Below are positions 1 through 12,460 of a stretch of DNA of 64,000 bases, piece after piece. This DNA comes from Candidatus Poribacteria bacterium (GTDB taxonomy: Bacteria; Poribacteria; WGA-4E; PCPOR2b). The stretch's first letter is position 1; the number at the start of each line of letters is the position of its first letter. The DNA lies in NCBI GenBank assembly GCA_965218095.1, contig OZ244587.1:1984001-2048000 (forward strand), written 5' to 3'. The position numbers and the translations under genes were made by a program. A model generated the notes under the pieces. The model saw only the letters and a program-made list of their open reading frames with translations, had not been told where the DNA came from and searched no databases.

Positions 1-1166
1 GCGGTAGACTTCGGCGGCTTTTTCATCTTCTCCGGCCTCTTCGTAAGCCCGTGCCAACTCTAAGTAGCTATCAGCCCTCTGAGGCTTGGATTCGATAGAG
101 CGCTCTAGGTCGGCAATCTGTCCCTTAACGGTAGCAGACAGGTCCGATTCGCTGCCAATCGAATTTCGTATTCATCAAGCATCCGGAGAAACTCGGAGAT
201 TTCCCGTTGTTCGGCGGCACTTGCCTCTCCGTTTTCGCTTGGCGGTTCAAAGTCAAGCGGCTCGGAATCAAAACCGGTTTCACCCTTCAACCTCTCAGTC
301 TTGTCGGGAATGGGAGGCGTCTCTTTTTGAGGTAGTGCTTGGGGAGGTGTTCCTTCGGGAGAGAGCTCTTTGGGCCCCGGCTCCTATGCCTCAGACGGTA
401 ACGGTTTTATGCGAGGATTCCCGGCTTCGATTGCTCGAATATGTGCGAGGCTCACCAGGCCCTGACTAATCGCATAGGCTTTCTTATAGGACGCCAATGC
501 TTCATCATATCGCCCCATTCTTTCGTAACTCGTTCCCAACACGTAATGTGGCGCAAAATACGATGGATCCTTTGCAATAGCGGCTTTGAGATAGAAGACC
601 GCTTCTCGTGGCTGATTATCACTGAGCATTTGTCCCAGTCCATATAGTGCATCGACAGAGGTGGAGTCTATTTCAACCAATCGTTCAAAAGCTGCTAACC
701 TCTCGCCACCCCGAGGAAGTAGCCGAGCGAACAGGAGCCGTGCTTCAAAAGAGTCAGGATTCTCTGCCACAGCCATCCGTGCATACTCCCGTGCGTAATC
801 CCACTCGCCTGCTTCTCTTAGTTTCTTGGCGACGCTCAACGGCGCCTCCCCCTTGAACAAAGCAGCTAATCTTTCTCGTTCAAGATCCGTTGCCCGATTG
901 CTAGCAGGAAGGGAAGTCGATTCTGATGTTTCGATAATTGGACGTGCAGAAACACGGGATTTCTGGTTTGCACTTTGATCCGCACGATTATTTTTTGCGG
1001 ACCCAGTCGATAGCTCAACTTCCACTTCAGGCAACGCAGCTTCTGAAGGGGAAAGGGTGCCGTTATCCAAAGTGGATTGTCGTCTACTCAAGGAAAACAA
1101 AACCACCATGAATACAGCGAGTACAATGACGAGAATTATCAAAATCAATCGGTGCCGGTGCATCAT
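1..1166 (-). pseudogene. TPR-repeat membrane-anchored protein, disrupted; continues past window start
   Basis: ORF 384..1166 has an N-terminal TM helix and TPR motifs. The same frame continues past TAG 384-386 (EPGPKE...EFLRMLDEYE). After a frameshift near 165 it reads GQIADLERSIESKPQRADSYLELARAYEEAGEDEKAAEVYR, another TPR. Confidence 0.75.
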
Positions 1167-1188
1167 AATCGCTCCTTCTTAAGTACCT

Positions 1189-2297
1189 GAGGGGTGTGCA
1201 TAGTAGTTCATTGGAAAACAGCCGCCATATGAGAGATATTGCGAGCAGGTAACTTCCATATGGCATTGGCAATCATAGCCACTTGCACTGATAACACCCC
1301 GATAGCTAAACAACAGCGTACATTGAAAAACCCCTTGACCGGTAACTGCTTCTGTTGAGGAGTGGTGCCTATCACTTTAGCAATCAAGTCAAACAACGGT
1401 TCAACCGAACTGCGACGTTTGCTTAAACAGAGACGCTGCTTGGGTTGGTTGATAAATCGATGATACGCCTTGGCAAACCGTCCCTTTGTCCATCTAAGTG
1501 CCGGGGTAATCAAAGCGACTTGTGCCTTCGCCCAACGACGGATACGGTCTGCTTGGGTATAGGCATCATCGGCAGTGAGTGTCTGCGGTGAAAGTTGTGT
1601 CAGAATCTCAGACGCTTTAGCATCTATCGCCCAACTTTCGGAGACCGACGCACGGTGCACAGTTATCAGTGTTGGGAACGCACCTTGTGTGCAGATAATG
1701 TGAAGTCCGTAGCCATAGACCCAGCCATGATAACCACTCTTGCTCCACGTGGCATCGGTGTCGAGGTTGCGTAGATGTTTAGGTGCTTTTCCTGCTTTGC
1801 GGTCAGTTTGATGCCAGACGGGTCCTCGTGCCTTAAATAAACTTTTGTCGGCTACCAGATGAGCCAAGTTGAATTGTTGGGACAAGTCAGTGGCATACTG
1901 ACCGATAAACAATACAAATACCTCTATCACTTCATATAATGCCTTATAGCGACGTGCAATCGTGGTTCGATGAGGGGGCTGTTGCCACCCCAGCATTTGT
2001 AACACTTCTGGGTGATTGATTAGCCACCGCCATTGCGTTTTGAAGCCATAGATGCCGTGAAACTGCATCAACATGAAGAAAATGATAAACGAGGTGGTTG
2101 AATATGTCAATGGTTTTGCGTGTGTGACACCTGGTTTGTCAATACGGTGTTGCATAAACTGCTCAAAGAGTTGCATAATAAGAGTGACATAATCAGCCAA
2201 CATTGGTCTTTGTACCATATTGGGGCTCCTTTTGCTATGATAACAATAGGAAACCCTTTTGGCTTGATTATGTCAACTATATTTATGCACACCCCTC
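1189..2297 (-). mobile_element. IS element (DDE_Tnp_1-type), copy A1
   Basis: 14-bp TIRs GAGGGGTGTGCATA / TATGCACACCCCTC. 8-bp TSD AAGTACCT at 1181-1188 and 2298-2305. Near-identical copy at 44327-45435. Confidence 0.95.
1208..2218 (-). CDS. DDE transposase (IS4/IS5/IS982-like clan)
   Basis: 336 aa inside the TIRs; motifs HLVADKS, DTDATWSK..HGWVYGYGLH, ADDAY, KRRSSVE. Confidence 0.9.
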   Translation of the reverse strand: MVQRPMLADYVTLIMQLFEQFMQHRIDKPGVTHAKPLTYSTTSFIIFFMLMQFHGIYGFKTQWRWLINHPEVLQMLGWQQPPHRTTIARRYKALYEVIEVFVLFIGQYATDLSQQFNLAHLVADKSLFKARGPVWHQTDRKAGKAPKHLRNLDTDATWSKSGYHGWVYGYGLHIICTQGAFPTLITVHRASVSESWAIDAKASEILTQLSPQTLTADDAYTQADRIRRWAKAQVALITPALRWTKGRFAKAYHRFINQPKQRLCLSKRRSSVEPLFDLIAKVIGTTPQQKQLPVKGFFNVRCCLAIGVLSVQVAMIANAIWKLPARNISHMAAVFQ

Positions 2298-2339
2298 AAG
2301 TACCTCAATTTTATGCAATAAACGGCTGTGCTAAAATGG

Positions 2340-2702
2340 GGTATAGCAGATCCAATTTAACCAGAAGGGGCGATCCGTCCGCGTGAGACAGACCACACCT
2401 CTAGCGAGAAGGCTAATCTTCTCTGAGTTTGTACCCCTTAAAGTTGGTCGCGTGATCCGAGTCATAGTTATCGGAAACTGAGTACTTTCTTTGGTCAGTC
2501 GGCGAATTGAGCCCTACTACAGAAGCATGACCACAAACATGGCGCGGAAAATCGTTGGCATCTTAACAGTGGGTTTCTGACGGGTATCGCCGATAGATGC
2601 CACCGTCTTATTGAACCCCACGACGCCACAGATGTAGCGAAAAAACCGGTTGAGACTACGATCCTCACAAAAGCGGTAACCTTTGTTAGTTTTTTGATTC
2701 AA
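2340..2702 (-). pseudogene. probable transposase remnant
   Basis: LNRFFRY...GDTRQKPTV..PTIF...**GSIRRL resembles the N-terminus of DDE transposases; contains stops. Confidence 0.35.
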
Positions 2703-2821
2703 CCTGAAAGATGTTTGCAGCGTCTATAGATTGCCTTGTAAAATTAAAAAGATTTGATGTTGATTGGCATAGATACTATATCTGATCTCTCGGATATTCC
2801 GATTCTTCAGGAGGATTAACG

Positions 2822-3052
2822 ATGGAACTGCGAGTTGAATATTGCTCGGCTTGAAACTACTTGCCCACAGCCGTCAGTCTGACGGACGATTTGTTGAGCA
2901 AGTACAAAACAGATGTGAAATCACTCACGCTTGTCCCTGGTGGTGGTGGGTGCTTTGAAGTCACCCTGAACGGAGAACTGATCTACTCCAAGTTACAAAC
3001 GGGAGAGTTCCCAAGCACAGGACAGATTACTTCTGCCATTGAGGGCAGCTAA
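2822..3052 (+). CDS. Rdx-family (SelW/SelT/SelH-like) selenoprotein, CxxU
   Basis: RBS AGGAGGA, then ATG 2822 reading MELRVEYCSA-U(TGA 2852-2854)-NYLPTA...GGGGCFEV..NGELIYSK...GEFP; SECIS-like hairpin follows the UGA. Confidence 0.93.
2858..2904 (+). promoter_or_regulatory. bacterial SECIS element
   Basis: Lower stem TACTTGC/GCAAGTA. Upper stem CCGTC/GACGG (2871-2885) with loop AGTCT, which starts after a 21-nt gap from the UGA. Confidence 0.8.
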
Positions 3053-3119
3053 AGAGTAGGTTGCGTGGTGCGTGATGTGGAGGTCAGAGAATCATCACGT
3101 ATCACGCTTTTTTTATGGG

Positions 3120-3962
3120 TCAACCGTCCGCAACAATTTCCCGCGCATCAAGTGGGGCATCATCAGGGTAAACATCAAGGTATCGCTGGATGAATGCTCG
3201 TGTTCCCGGCGGCATCCGATCGAGGTAGCCGGACGTGAGCATCGCATCCCGCTGACCATACTCATGCTGCCAGACCGGCAGTTCCGCTCGCCAGAACGCG
3301 GTGTGCATTGACCAACGTAAGATGCCTTCAGGGTTCAGCCCTCGGTGCCAAAGATTCGCGTTGTAGTACACAATATCGCCCGGTTCCAGTTCCACTGTGA
3401 TTTGTCCCGGCATATTGCCGTTGGGGTTGTCTGTGTAAACTTCTAACTCCGCTTCAGTCGAAGGTCGGGCGTGGCTGCCAGGAACAATCTGTAAAAAGCG
3501 GTCGCCGGGTTTCAGCGGGGCGTTAAACTGAACGTGACGCGACAGGTCTCGCTCCAGGATTTCCGCTTCATTCAGAGCACCCGGTCTGCACAAATCACGG
3601 TGCCACGGGTTGTTATAGGACTGTCCGCCGCCTGAAGCCAGCATACCGAAAAGGCTGTGTCGTCCGGGCGCATCAAAGATTGCCTCAACTGTCGGTATGA
3701 TGTCCGCATCAAGCCACGCCGCGAAGGCAGGGTCGTATTTATCCGGGTGCAGCATGTGACCGATCCGATTCGGCAAACGACACTCGCGGTCAATCCAACG
3801 GATTTCGCACGCCCTAGCCAACCCTCGATCTATCAGCCGCTCAACGCCATCAATCAGCGATTGCACACGGTCAGCGTCGTATGCGGCTCGGAAGATCAGG
3901 TATCCCTCCTCACGATATGTCCGCCGCTGTTCCTCACTCAATTTAACGGAAGCTATACTCAT
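3120..3962 (-). CDS. phytanoyl-CoA dioxygenase (PhyH) family protein
   Basis: LSEEQ...Y.EEGY, PWHRD, VPGSH, HRG facial-triad motifs. Confidence 0.88.
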   Translation of the reverse strand: MSIASVKLSEEQRRTYREEGYLIFRAAYDADRVQSLIDGVERLIDRGLARACEIRWIDRECRLPNRIGHMLHPDKYDPAFAAWLDADIIPTVEAIFDAPGRHSLFGMLASGGGQSYNNPWHRDLCRPGALNEAEILERDLSRHVQFNAPLKPGDRFLQIVPGSHARPSTEAELEVYTDNPNGNMPGQITVELEPGDIVYYNANLWHRGLNPEGILRWSMHTAFWRAELPVWQHEYGQRDAMLTSGYLDRMPPGTRAFIQRYLDVYPDDAPLDAREIVADG

Positions 3963-3984
3963 GATTTCGTCTCCCCTCAAAAAT

Positions 3985-4575
3985 CTAGGGACTTTTGGGC
4001 TTCACTGCCAAAGCAACCGTATGATGCCTTCCCTGCTTGACCTTCTGATAATTCCTGAAGACCTCCTTGAAATTCCGTTTGATAAACTCCCGCAAGCCTG
4101 AAATTGTGACGACATAAAGTCTGCCATTCGGCTTGAGATGTTCTCTAGCTTCGAGCAGTATAATTCTCAGGAGCTCCCTGCCAGCATTCGCGGGCAGATT
4201 TGATGCGATAATGTCGAACTTGACCTTCGGGAGATGACTGAAAGCGTTACTCAATAACACATCGCAGTTTTGCACCCGATTCTGTGCCACGTTTTTCTGC
4301 GCGTATTCTACCGCTGTAAAATCCTTGTCAACCATATAAACCTCTCCAGTCTTAGACAATTTCGCCATCACGATGCCGATTGCGCCGTAGCCGCAGCCGA
4401 GGTCTAAACAGGTATCTCCTTCCCTCACCTCAAGCCGGTCGATTAACAGCCTTGTGCCTTCATCGATTGCTCTTGGGCTAAACAATCCCCATGTGGCGTG
4501 AAAGCGGAGATCAAATCCCCTCAACCGTGCGTCAAAAACAGTATCGCGTTTGAGTTCCTTTAAGTCCATTATCAC
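3985..4575 (-). CDS. class I SAM methyltransferase, RsmC/MTS-like
   Basis: GLFSP..IDEGT, LDLGCGYG, FDIIASNLP. Confidence 0.88.
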   Translation of the reverse strand: MIMDLKELKRDTVFDARLRGFDLRFHATWGLFSPRAIDEGTRLLIDRLEVREGDTCLDLGCGYGAIGIVMAKLSKTGEVYMVDKDFTAVEYAQKNVAQNRVQNCDVLLSNAFSHLPKVKFDIIASNLPANAGRELLRIILLEAREHLKPNGRLYVVTISGLREFIKRNFKEVFRNYQKVKQGRHHTVALAVKPKSP

Positions 4576-4599
4576 GTCTCACGTTTTACAAAGCGGGAA

Positions 4600-4797
4600 T
4601 TACATCTGGACGATCATCGGGCTCCCTTCAAGCAATTGCTGGGCAATCCCGACGATACGCGGGTGGGTCGCCAGGTATTTCCATTGCGGATCGACCGTGT
4701 GGGTGAGAAGCCCCTTTTGTCGCTCCGTCTGTCCCACAACCGGCGCACACGAAACGGTCATACCGATGTGGCAATAGACATCAAAGTAAGGTCGCAT
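4600..4797 (-). pseudogene. PhyH-like internal fragment
   Basis: LATHPRIVGIAQQLL motif; truncated. Confidence 0.4.
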
Positions 4798-4848
4798 GTT
4801 CATATTCCTCCCAACACTCATGAGTTGTATTGCGTATTGCGTAAGATC

Positions 4849-6039
4849 CTATCGCCGGGGAAAGAAGGTATCGATTCCCGCTTCGACGTCATCAATCGGA
4901 TGGCCGTACTGCCGTTGATAACTTTCGTGTATGCCGCGCTCCGTTTCCGTGAGATCGGTCAGCGGGAAGGTCAAGGTCTCACGGCTTCGCTTGGCGGATT
5001 CACTCATGCCGATACTCATCATCTGATCTTGTCGCCCAAGTTTCGCGCCGTACTCCGGTGCCATATCGTTGATGACGGCATTTGCAATACTCAAGAGTTC
5101 ATCGGCGACGGCGACCTGTCCTTCGGAGACCGGATAATCCTTCAACGGGTTTTCCCACTTAATTACCTGGTCGCGGAGTTCCAACTCGATTTTCTCGATT
5201 ACCTCCACACCGTCTACATCAATCGTCGTGCGCTTCCCGCTATGCGGGACGCTTCTCGCGCCATTCTCCAAATCCTCCGGGGGCACAATATGAATTTCCT
5301 CTCCGACGATTGTTCCCTCGCTCCCATCAATCTGCGAAATGCTTCGCTGCCCGCGTCCGAGTGAACGAGCATGGATGACGTTGGAATAGACCATCAACGC
5401 CGTCGCGCTGTTGTCAAATTCCAAGAAGCCGAGCGTCCAGTTATCGCTCGTGTGGTGACGTTTCATGCGATCGATGATTGGAATGACCGGCGTCGATTGG
5501 GTGATGCCAAGAATCGACTTCGGCTCTCCATTCGCACGCAGACGGAGCATGCTCATGCCGTGATGGCCGCCCTCGTAAAAGATTCGGTAGATGCGCCCCA
5601 CTTCGCCGATGACGCCCATCTCAATCACCTTCGACAGAAAACGCTCCTTCGGCGCACGGTAGTAGTTTTCGGCGACTTCCAGCTTGACGTTGTTTTGCTT
5701 CGCCGCCTCGATCATCAGATCCGCCATCGACAGTGTCACGGCGATTGGCGTTTCGACGATGATGTTCACGCCAGCGTCCGCCATGAAACAAGCGATTGCG
5801 TGGTGAGTTGTGCCAGGCACGGTGATGTCCACAACGTCGAGTTGCTCGTGCGCGACCAGATCCCGGACGTTGGTATACGGGTTTCCGCCGTACTGTTCGG
5901 CGTACCGGTTGGCAACCGCTTCCTCCATATCACAGATCGCGACGAGGTTATAGACATCTTTCAGCCTGGCAATCACGGGGAGGTGAGCGCCCCCACCACG
6001 TCGCCCTGCGCCAACCAGTGCGATATTCAGTTTTGGCAT
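4849..6039 (-). CDS. Gfo/Idh/MocA oxidoreductase
   Basis: IALVGAGRRG Rossmann motif, VETP, AENY. Confidence 0.9.
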   Translation of the reverse strand: MPKLNIALVGAGRRGGGAHLPVIARLKDVYNLVAICDMEEAVANRYAEQYGGNPYTNVRDLVAHEQLDVVDITVPGTTHHAIACFMADAGVNIIVETPIAVTLSMADLMIEAAKQNNVKLEVAENYYRAPKERFLSKVIEMGVIGEVGRIYRIFYEGGHHGMSMLRLRANGEPKSILGITQSTPVIPIIDRMKRHHTSDNWTLGFLEFDNSATALMVYSNVIHARSLGRGQRSISQIDGSEGTIVGEEIHIVPPEDLENGARSVPHSGKRTTIDVDGVEVIEKIELELRDQVIKWENPLKDYPVSEGQVAVADELLSIANAVINDMAPEYGAKLGRQDQMMSIGMSESAKRSRETLTFPLTDLTETERGIHESYQRQYGHPIDDVEAGIDTFFPRR

Positions 6040-6139
6040 ATGGAATCTCCTTCTTAACAACCGAGAGTTGAGTTAGAAGTAAGTGTGTATAGACGTGAAA
6101 CGTACTGCGTGATGCGTATTGCGTAAAATGTAAAAGAAA

Positions 6140-7090
6140 TTAAGACGGTGGGAAGGGAATGGGGATAGGATTGAAAGCGCAAGGAGGATTTGCTAAGAAT
6201 CGATGAGCCTCCTCCAGTGTTGGCAAGCCGCTTCGCCCGCCGAGTTGACGACAGTTGAGTGCAGCGACAGCCGAAGCAAAACGAACCGTTTCCTCAACAC
6301 GCCAATCTTGCAGGGTGCTGTAGATAAACGCACCGTGAAAGGCATCCCCCGCACCGGTTGTGTCCACCGCATCGACAGGAAAGGCTGGAAACGCAAATAT
6401 CCCTTTTTCCCATTTAGCGACACAGCCGCACTCTCCAAACGTCACGACCGCGATTCGCGCTCCGAAATCGCACAGCCGCTGCACAACCACTTCGGCAGGA
6501 GCGTCAGGCATCCAACCCTGCACAAAAACATCCGACACAATGGGGATATCGACCAGGGGGAGAAGATCCATGAGAAATTCATTGTGCCACGTACCATCGA
6601 ATACAACACACACGCCCGCGGCTTTCGCCCATTTCGCGGCTTGAATCGAGGGTTCATCCGCATCGTCCAGGTGCAAGACTTTGGCAGACGTAATCTCTTT
6701 TCGATTCAGGTCGGATACGGTCAAAGGCGAGCAGGTTTCTGTGCAGAGGGTAAAGCAGCAATCACCGGTGGTCTGATCAACGAGAACGAGAACAGCGCGA
6801 GATAGGGTGTTCGGTTCGACAATCAATTGGCTGACGTCAACGCCTTCCTTCTGAAATTCTTCGCAGATGAACACGCCTTCGGGATCGTCGCCGATCTTTC
6901 CGATGAAACGAGTGGAGACACCCAATCGGGCAAGGGTGACAAGCGCCGTTGCGACAGGACCGCCTGACTAGCGGAGGTATTGAGAGGCATACGTCGCTCT
7001 CCCGAACGCCGGCGGTTGGGGGACAACAAAGAGCATATCGGCTGTGCATAAGCCAATGCCAATGACATCTGGGAAGGTGTTTCGGTTCAT
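6140..7090 (-). pseudogene. PfkB carbohydrate kinase with one internal amber stop
   Basis: ATG 7090 reads MNRKHLPDVIGIG...QYLR*(TAG 6968-6970)SGGPVATA, in frame with ORF 6140..6925 (DTTGAGDAF). Confidence 0.85.
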
Positions 7091-7125
7091 GGGAAGGTCC
7101 TGACTATCGAGCCTGGAACGACAGT

Positions 7126-7190
7126 GCTGTAGCCGAATTCGTGAGAGTTCGAGTTTGCCCGAAGGCCCGAACTCTCACGGGTTTGGCGGC
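7126..7190. repeat. REP-like palindrome
   Basis: CGTGAGAGTTCG...CGAACTCTCACG inverted repeat. Confidence 0.6.
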
Positions 7191-7427
7191 CGGCATTTAT
7201 GACCATGCCTCATTTAAATGCCAATGTGTGTTGTTAGGCTGACAAACCTGAAAAAAGGTTCCGCCATTCTACGCTCATAAATATGCGCCTTGCTTGCTTA
7301 TCAGAAAGCCTCCAGATTGTAATGGCAATCATCATTATTTGTAGGTTTGTGAACGACTGAGGCGACCTTCTATTTTAAGTCATGAGGAGAATGGCGTAAA
7401 ATATTATTCTGCATAAATCTTATGATA

Positions 7428-8270
7428 TTATTTCAGATCCCAAATCTCTGCCGCTGTGCTGCCCAAAATGCGTTCACGCTTGTCGTCCGTCAGGAAGGGC
7501 AGACCTTCCCGGATGAGGCGCAATTCCTGCTCCAGGGTTGGCCAATTGTGCTTGAGGCGATGATGACCGGGATACCCCGTCCCCCACACCATCCGTTCAG
7601 CCCCAAAGGCTTGCAGTAACTTCTGGATGAACGGGTGCACATCGGCGTAGGGAAAATTCTGGCTGGAGCGGCCGGCGACATCCGACAACTTCAGGTACAC
7701 ATTGTCGTATCGGGCGAGATCTATGATTGGCTGAAATGCCCTTTCGCCGGCATCGACCTGCGGATAGCCCATGTGGTCCAGGATGAGCTTCAAGTGTGCA
7801 TACCGCCCTGCAATCACTGCCACTTGGTCGGCGAACTCCGCCCGCAGGTGGAACTGGATAATCGCGTCAAGCGAGGCGATCTCTTCCCACAAGGGTTCGG
7901 TCTGTCGAGTTAGTAGAATCTTTTCACCGGGATAGTACAATGGGTGAAAGCGAAATCCGGCCAATCCGCGCTCCTTCACCCAATAGCGTGCTTGCTCCGC
8001 ATTGTTCGGGTCTTGAGGGTCGATCAATCCATGCCCGATGAAACGGTCTGGAAAGCGGGCGACAGAATCGGCGATGTAGCCATTGTCCCAGGTCGACCAA
8101 CTGGTCTGCACCAGTACCGCCCAATCTACGCCGTGTGCGTCCATCTCCGCCAAGAGTTCGTCGGCGGTACCCGGCTCGTCGGGATAGGAATTCCAGTTGG
8201 GCGCGGTCGGACCCACCGGATATTTGGGCGGATCTATTTCCCAGACATGGACGTGGGTATCTACAATCAT
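7428..8270 (-). CDS. amidohydrolase_2 family (sugar lactonase-like)
   Basis: DTHVHVW, LDHMG, YLKLS, WGTGYP. Confidence 0.9.
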   Translation of the reverse strand: MIVDTHVHVWEIDPPKYPVGPTAPNWNSYPDEPGTADELLAEMDAHGVDWAVLVQTSWSTWDNGYIADSVARFPDRFIGHGLIDPQDPNNAEQARYWVKERGLAGFRFHPLYYPGEKILLTRQTEPLWEEIASLDAIIQFHLRAEFADQVAVIAGRYAHLKLILDHMGYPQVDAGERAFQPIIDLARYDNVYLKLSDVAGRSSQNFPYADVHPFIQKLLQAFGAERMVWGTGYPGHHRLKHNWPTLEQELRLIREGLPFLTDDKRERILGSTAAEIWDLK

Positions 8271-8430
8271 AAAAGCTCCTTTTCATACCGGGATGTGTCT
8301 ATCACTAAACCTCATACAAACCCCGCATCAGATGCATTACGCTGTGAAACGTAAAACGTAACGATTCGAGGCTTTACGTTTTATGCGTTACAGGGTGTGC
8401 CAGAATCATAAAAATCCAAACAGTATAGTA

Positions 8431-9354
8431 TCAGTGACTTTCTCTCAGCGCATGTTCTTCCCTCATCAGGGCGCCTACCATGGCATGCACTCGCGGCAAG
8501 TCCTGCGGTACGACATCTTCGGCAAAAGGAATTACCGGCCCGCCGGCCAGCCCTGCGTGGTCCATGGCAGCGTGCAGCGCCGAACTGCTGTAGCGGGCAG
8601 CGTTCTCGCCACGCAAATCCTCGAACGGCACCATCAGCGCACGGAGGCGTTCAGCTTCTGCCTTATCGCCAGCGGCAAATTTGCACCGCAGCGTCAGGCT
8701 CATTCGCGGCACGAAATTCGCCATGCCCGAACTGAAACCAACCGCGCCGTGTGCCATGTAATCGATGCAGGGGTCTTCTGCCATACCACAGACCATCGCC
8801 GCGCGATCTCCTGCCCTTTCTGCAATTCTATCAAAGGCATCTAAGTCATCCACTGCATACTTTAGACCGACCACGTCGTCCAGTTCACAGAGATTGATCA
8901 CATCGTCCACCGGCATAATGTCCAACCGTCGCTGGTAAAGGACCGTGGGCAACTGCACCGCTTTTGTGAGCTCCCTGAGTCCGTTGTAAACGCCGTTGGC
9001 AGAGGCAGGGCCGACCACCGGCATAATCATCACGCCGGCGACGCCCAGTGACCGGACGATATGTCCCATCTCCAAGGCTCGCCCAAATCCCGGACCGATA
9101 CCCGGCACGATATACGCCGCATCCCCAGCTTCGTCAAGGAATGTCCCCACCACGGCTTTGTACTCCTCCAGACTGGCATCGTAGACCATGCCGGTGCCGC
9201 ACTCCGGCATGATGAAGTCCACGCCGTGCTGGATGAGGTAGCGGACGTTTTTCCTTACGCCTTCCAAATCCACTTGCCGGTCTTCCTGTCGTGGTGTAAT
9301 GGCAACCACCAGGACGTTGCGGCATGCTTCTCTATCCAAGCGCTTCTTACCCAT
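8431..9354 (-). CDS. DHDPS/KdgD-family lyase
   Basis: CGTG, LYQR, GLKY (Schiff-base Lys), GFSSG.ANF.P. Confidence 0.85.
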   Translation of the reverse strand: MGKKRLDREACRNVLVVAITPRQEDRQVDLEGVRKNVRYLIQHGVDFIMPECGTGMVYDASLEEYKAVVGTFLDEAGDAAYIVPGIGPGFGRALEMGHIVRSLGVAGVMIMPVVGPASANGVYNGLRELTKAVQLPTVLYQRRLDIMPVDDVINLCELDDVVGLKYAVDDLDAFDRIAERAGDRAAMVCGMAEDPCIDYMAHGAVGFSSGMANFVPRMSLTLRCKFAAGDKAEAERLRALMVPFEDLRGENAARYSSSALHAAMDHAGLAGGPVIPFAEDVVPQDLPRVHAMVGALMREEHALRESH

Positions 9355-9355
9355 T

Positions 9356-10396
9356 CTATGCTCCTCCTCGATATTTCGCCAGTTTTTCCTGAAACGACTT
9401 CCGCTCAAGAACCTCCTGATTCACCACATTATCTGGAATTTCGCCCTGTGAAACCTGAATCGCCTTCTGACAGTTTAGTCTACCGATGTCCCGGTAGCAC
9501 TCCTCCGTCAAAGCGATGGCGTGAGGGGACACAATGACGTTATCCAATTTTAACAACGGCTCATTGGGGTCCACCGGCTCTTGTTCAAAGACATCAATGC
9601 CCGCGCCCCGGATGCGCCTTTCCTGCAAAACCTGCGTCAACACGCGTTGATCAACGATGGGACCCCGGGCGGTGTTGATAAAAAACGCCGTCGGCTTCAT
9701 GAGTGCGAACTCTTTTTCGCCGATAAGTCCGCGAGTCTCGTCAGTCAGCGGACAGGTGACACACACGTAATCGGATTCCCGCATCACGGTAGGCAGATCG
9801 ACAATCTCCACGTTTAGAGATCTGGCAAGCTCCGGCGAAATATAGGGGTCAAACGTCAGGAATCGCATGCCGAACAGCTGTAGCAAGCGAAACAGTTCGG
9901 AGGAGATGTTCCCAAGCCCAACCGATCCCAGCGTGCGCCCTATTAGGTCAACACCGACCTCCAACCCGTCTCGCCAAGTTCCGGCGCGCGTCACGCGGTC
10001 ATGCCCGAAGATGTTTTTCGAGAGCGCAAACATGAGCCCAATAATGCCTTCCGCCACGGGACGGCGCACACCGCTTGGCGTGATAGCAACCATCACATCC
10101 GCTTCAGTCGCTGCCTGGAGATCGACGTTATCGTAGCCGACCCCGTGCCTTGCAAGCAGAACTAATCGATCCGCCCCCTCAAATGTCTCACGGGGATACT
10201 TCCCTCCTAGGGCGATGAAGGCATCCAGACCGCGTATCTCATCGGGCGGGACAAACGGACGATCGCGTTTGATAAAGGTATATTCGATGTGTGCTTCTTG
10301 ATCCAAGAGATCTAGCCCAACGTCCTTGAAGCGAACTTTGCCATCTGCCCCAAGGAAACCGGGCGTCAATCCGACACGGAATGTTTCGTGTTTCAT
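9356..10396 (-). CDS. D-isomer-specific 2-hydroxyacid dehydrogenase
   Basis: RHGVGYDNVD, GLGNI, INTARG, DVFEQEP, SPH. Confidence 0.93.
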   Translation of the reverse strand: MKHETFRVGLTPGFLGADGKVRFKDVGLDLLDQEAHIEYTFIKRDRPFVPPDEIRGLDAFIALGGKYPRETFEGADRLVLLARHGVGYDNVDLQAATEADVMVAITPSGVRRPVAEGIIGLMFALSKNIFGHDRVTRAGTWRDGLEVGVDLIGRTLGSVGLGNISSELFRLLQLFGMRFLTFDPYISPELARSLNVEIVDLPTVMRESDYVCVTCPLTDETRGLIGEKEFALMKPTAFFINTARGPIVDQRVLTQVLQERRIRGAGIDVFEQEPVDPNEPLLKLDNVIVSPHAIALTEECYRDIGRLNCQKAIQVSQGEIPDNVVNQEVLERKSFQEKLAKYRGGA

Positions 10397-10432
10397 AAAT
10401 TTCTCTCTTCAATTTCTCTCTTCCAAGTTTGT

Positions 10433-11740
<1,308 letters not shown>

Positions 11741-11749
11741 TCAAACCTC

Positions 11750-12460
11750 CTGAGATTCAGGCAAGATCCACCAGCGGTACATTCAATCTCGTAGTTATTC
11801 TTGCGGCACCATGATTGAGTGTCCTTTTGTATCGCATCCAGCTCATCATCAGTCCGATCGGGGTCGTGATGGTAAAGGATCAGGTGTTTCACCGCTACTG
11901 CCGCCGCCAACTCACAGGCTTGACTGACCAGGCTATGTCCTCAGCCACGTTTGTGAGGAATATCTTCCTCCAGATATTGCACGTCGTGAATCAGAACGTC
12001 GGCATAGCGACAGAATTGGGCAAATCTATCGAAATCCGTCACCGGCTTACCGGGCGGATCCAGCTCATTGTTTGGCATATACACGACCAATCTGCCATCA
12101 TGTTCGACACGATAACCATAGCAGCTACCGGGGTGGTTGGTGGCAATTCTTGAGACGTTAAAGCCGTGGTCATGCAGAAATGCCATTGGTATAGACTTTC
12201 CGATTGGGTTGGTAGAGCGGAAGAAAAAACGGAAATCCCTGGATATGGTCCCAATGATCGTGGGTGGGAAGCACATATATATCTGCAGCGTCTTCTGTCA
12301 GCACTTTTCCCAATTCACGGATGCCCGTATCGGCATCAAGAACCAAAATCTTATCTGAACCCTGTTTAATACTGACACAGGACGTGTTACCCCCATAACG
12401 CACCGTAGATGGACCTGGGCTCGGGATTGAACCGCGGATGCCCCAAATTTTACTCCCATT
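11750..12460 (-). pseudogene. MBL-fold metallo-hydrolase, multiple frameshifts and deletions
   Basis: Fragments in several frames: RYGGNTSCV, THDHWDHIQG, NHPG..YGYR, LYHHDPDRTD. Confidence 0.85.

Noticed and set aside
2340-2700. Possible structured ncRNA or group II intron fragment
   Set aside because: No GUGYG start or domain V recognised; the minus strand reads better as a decayed transposase.
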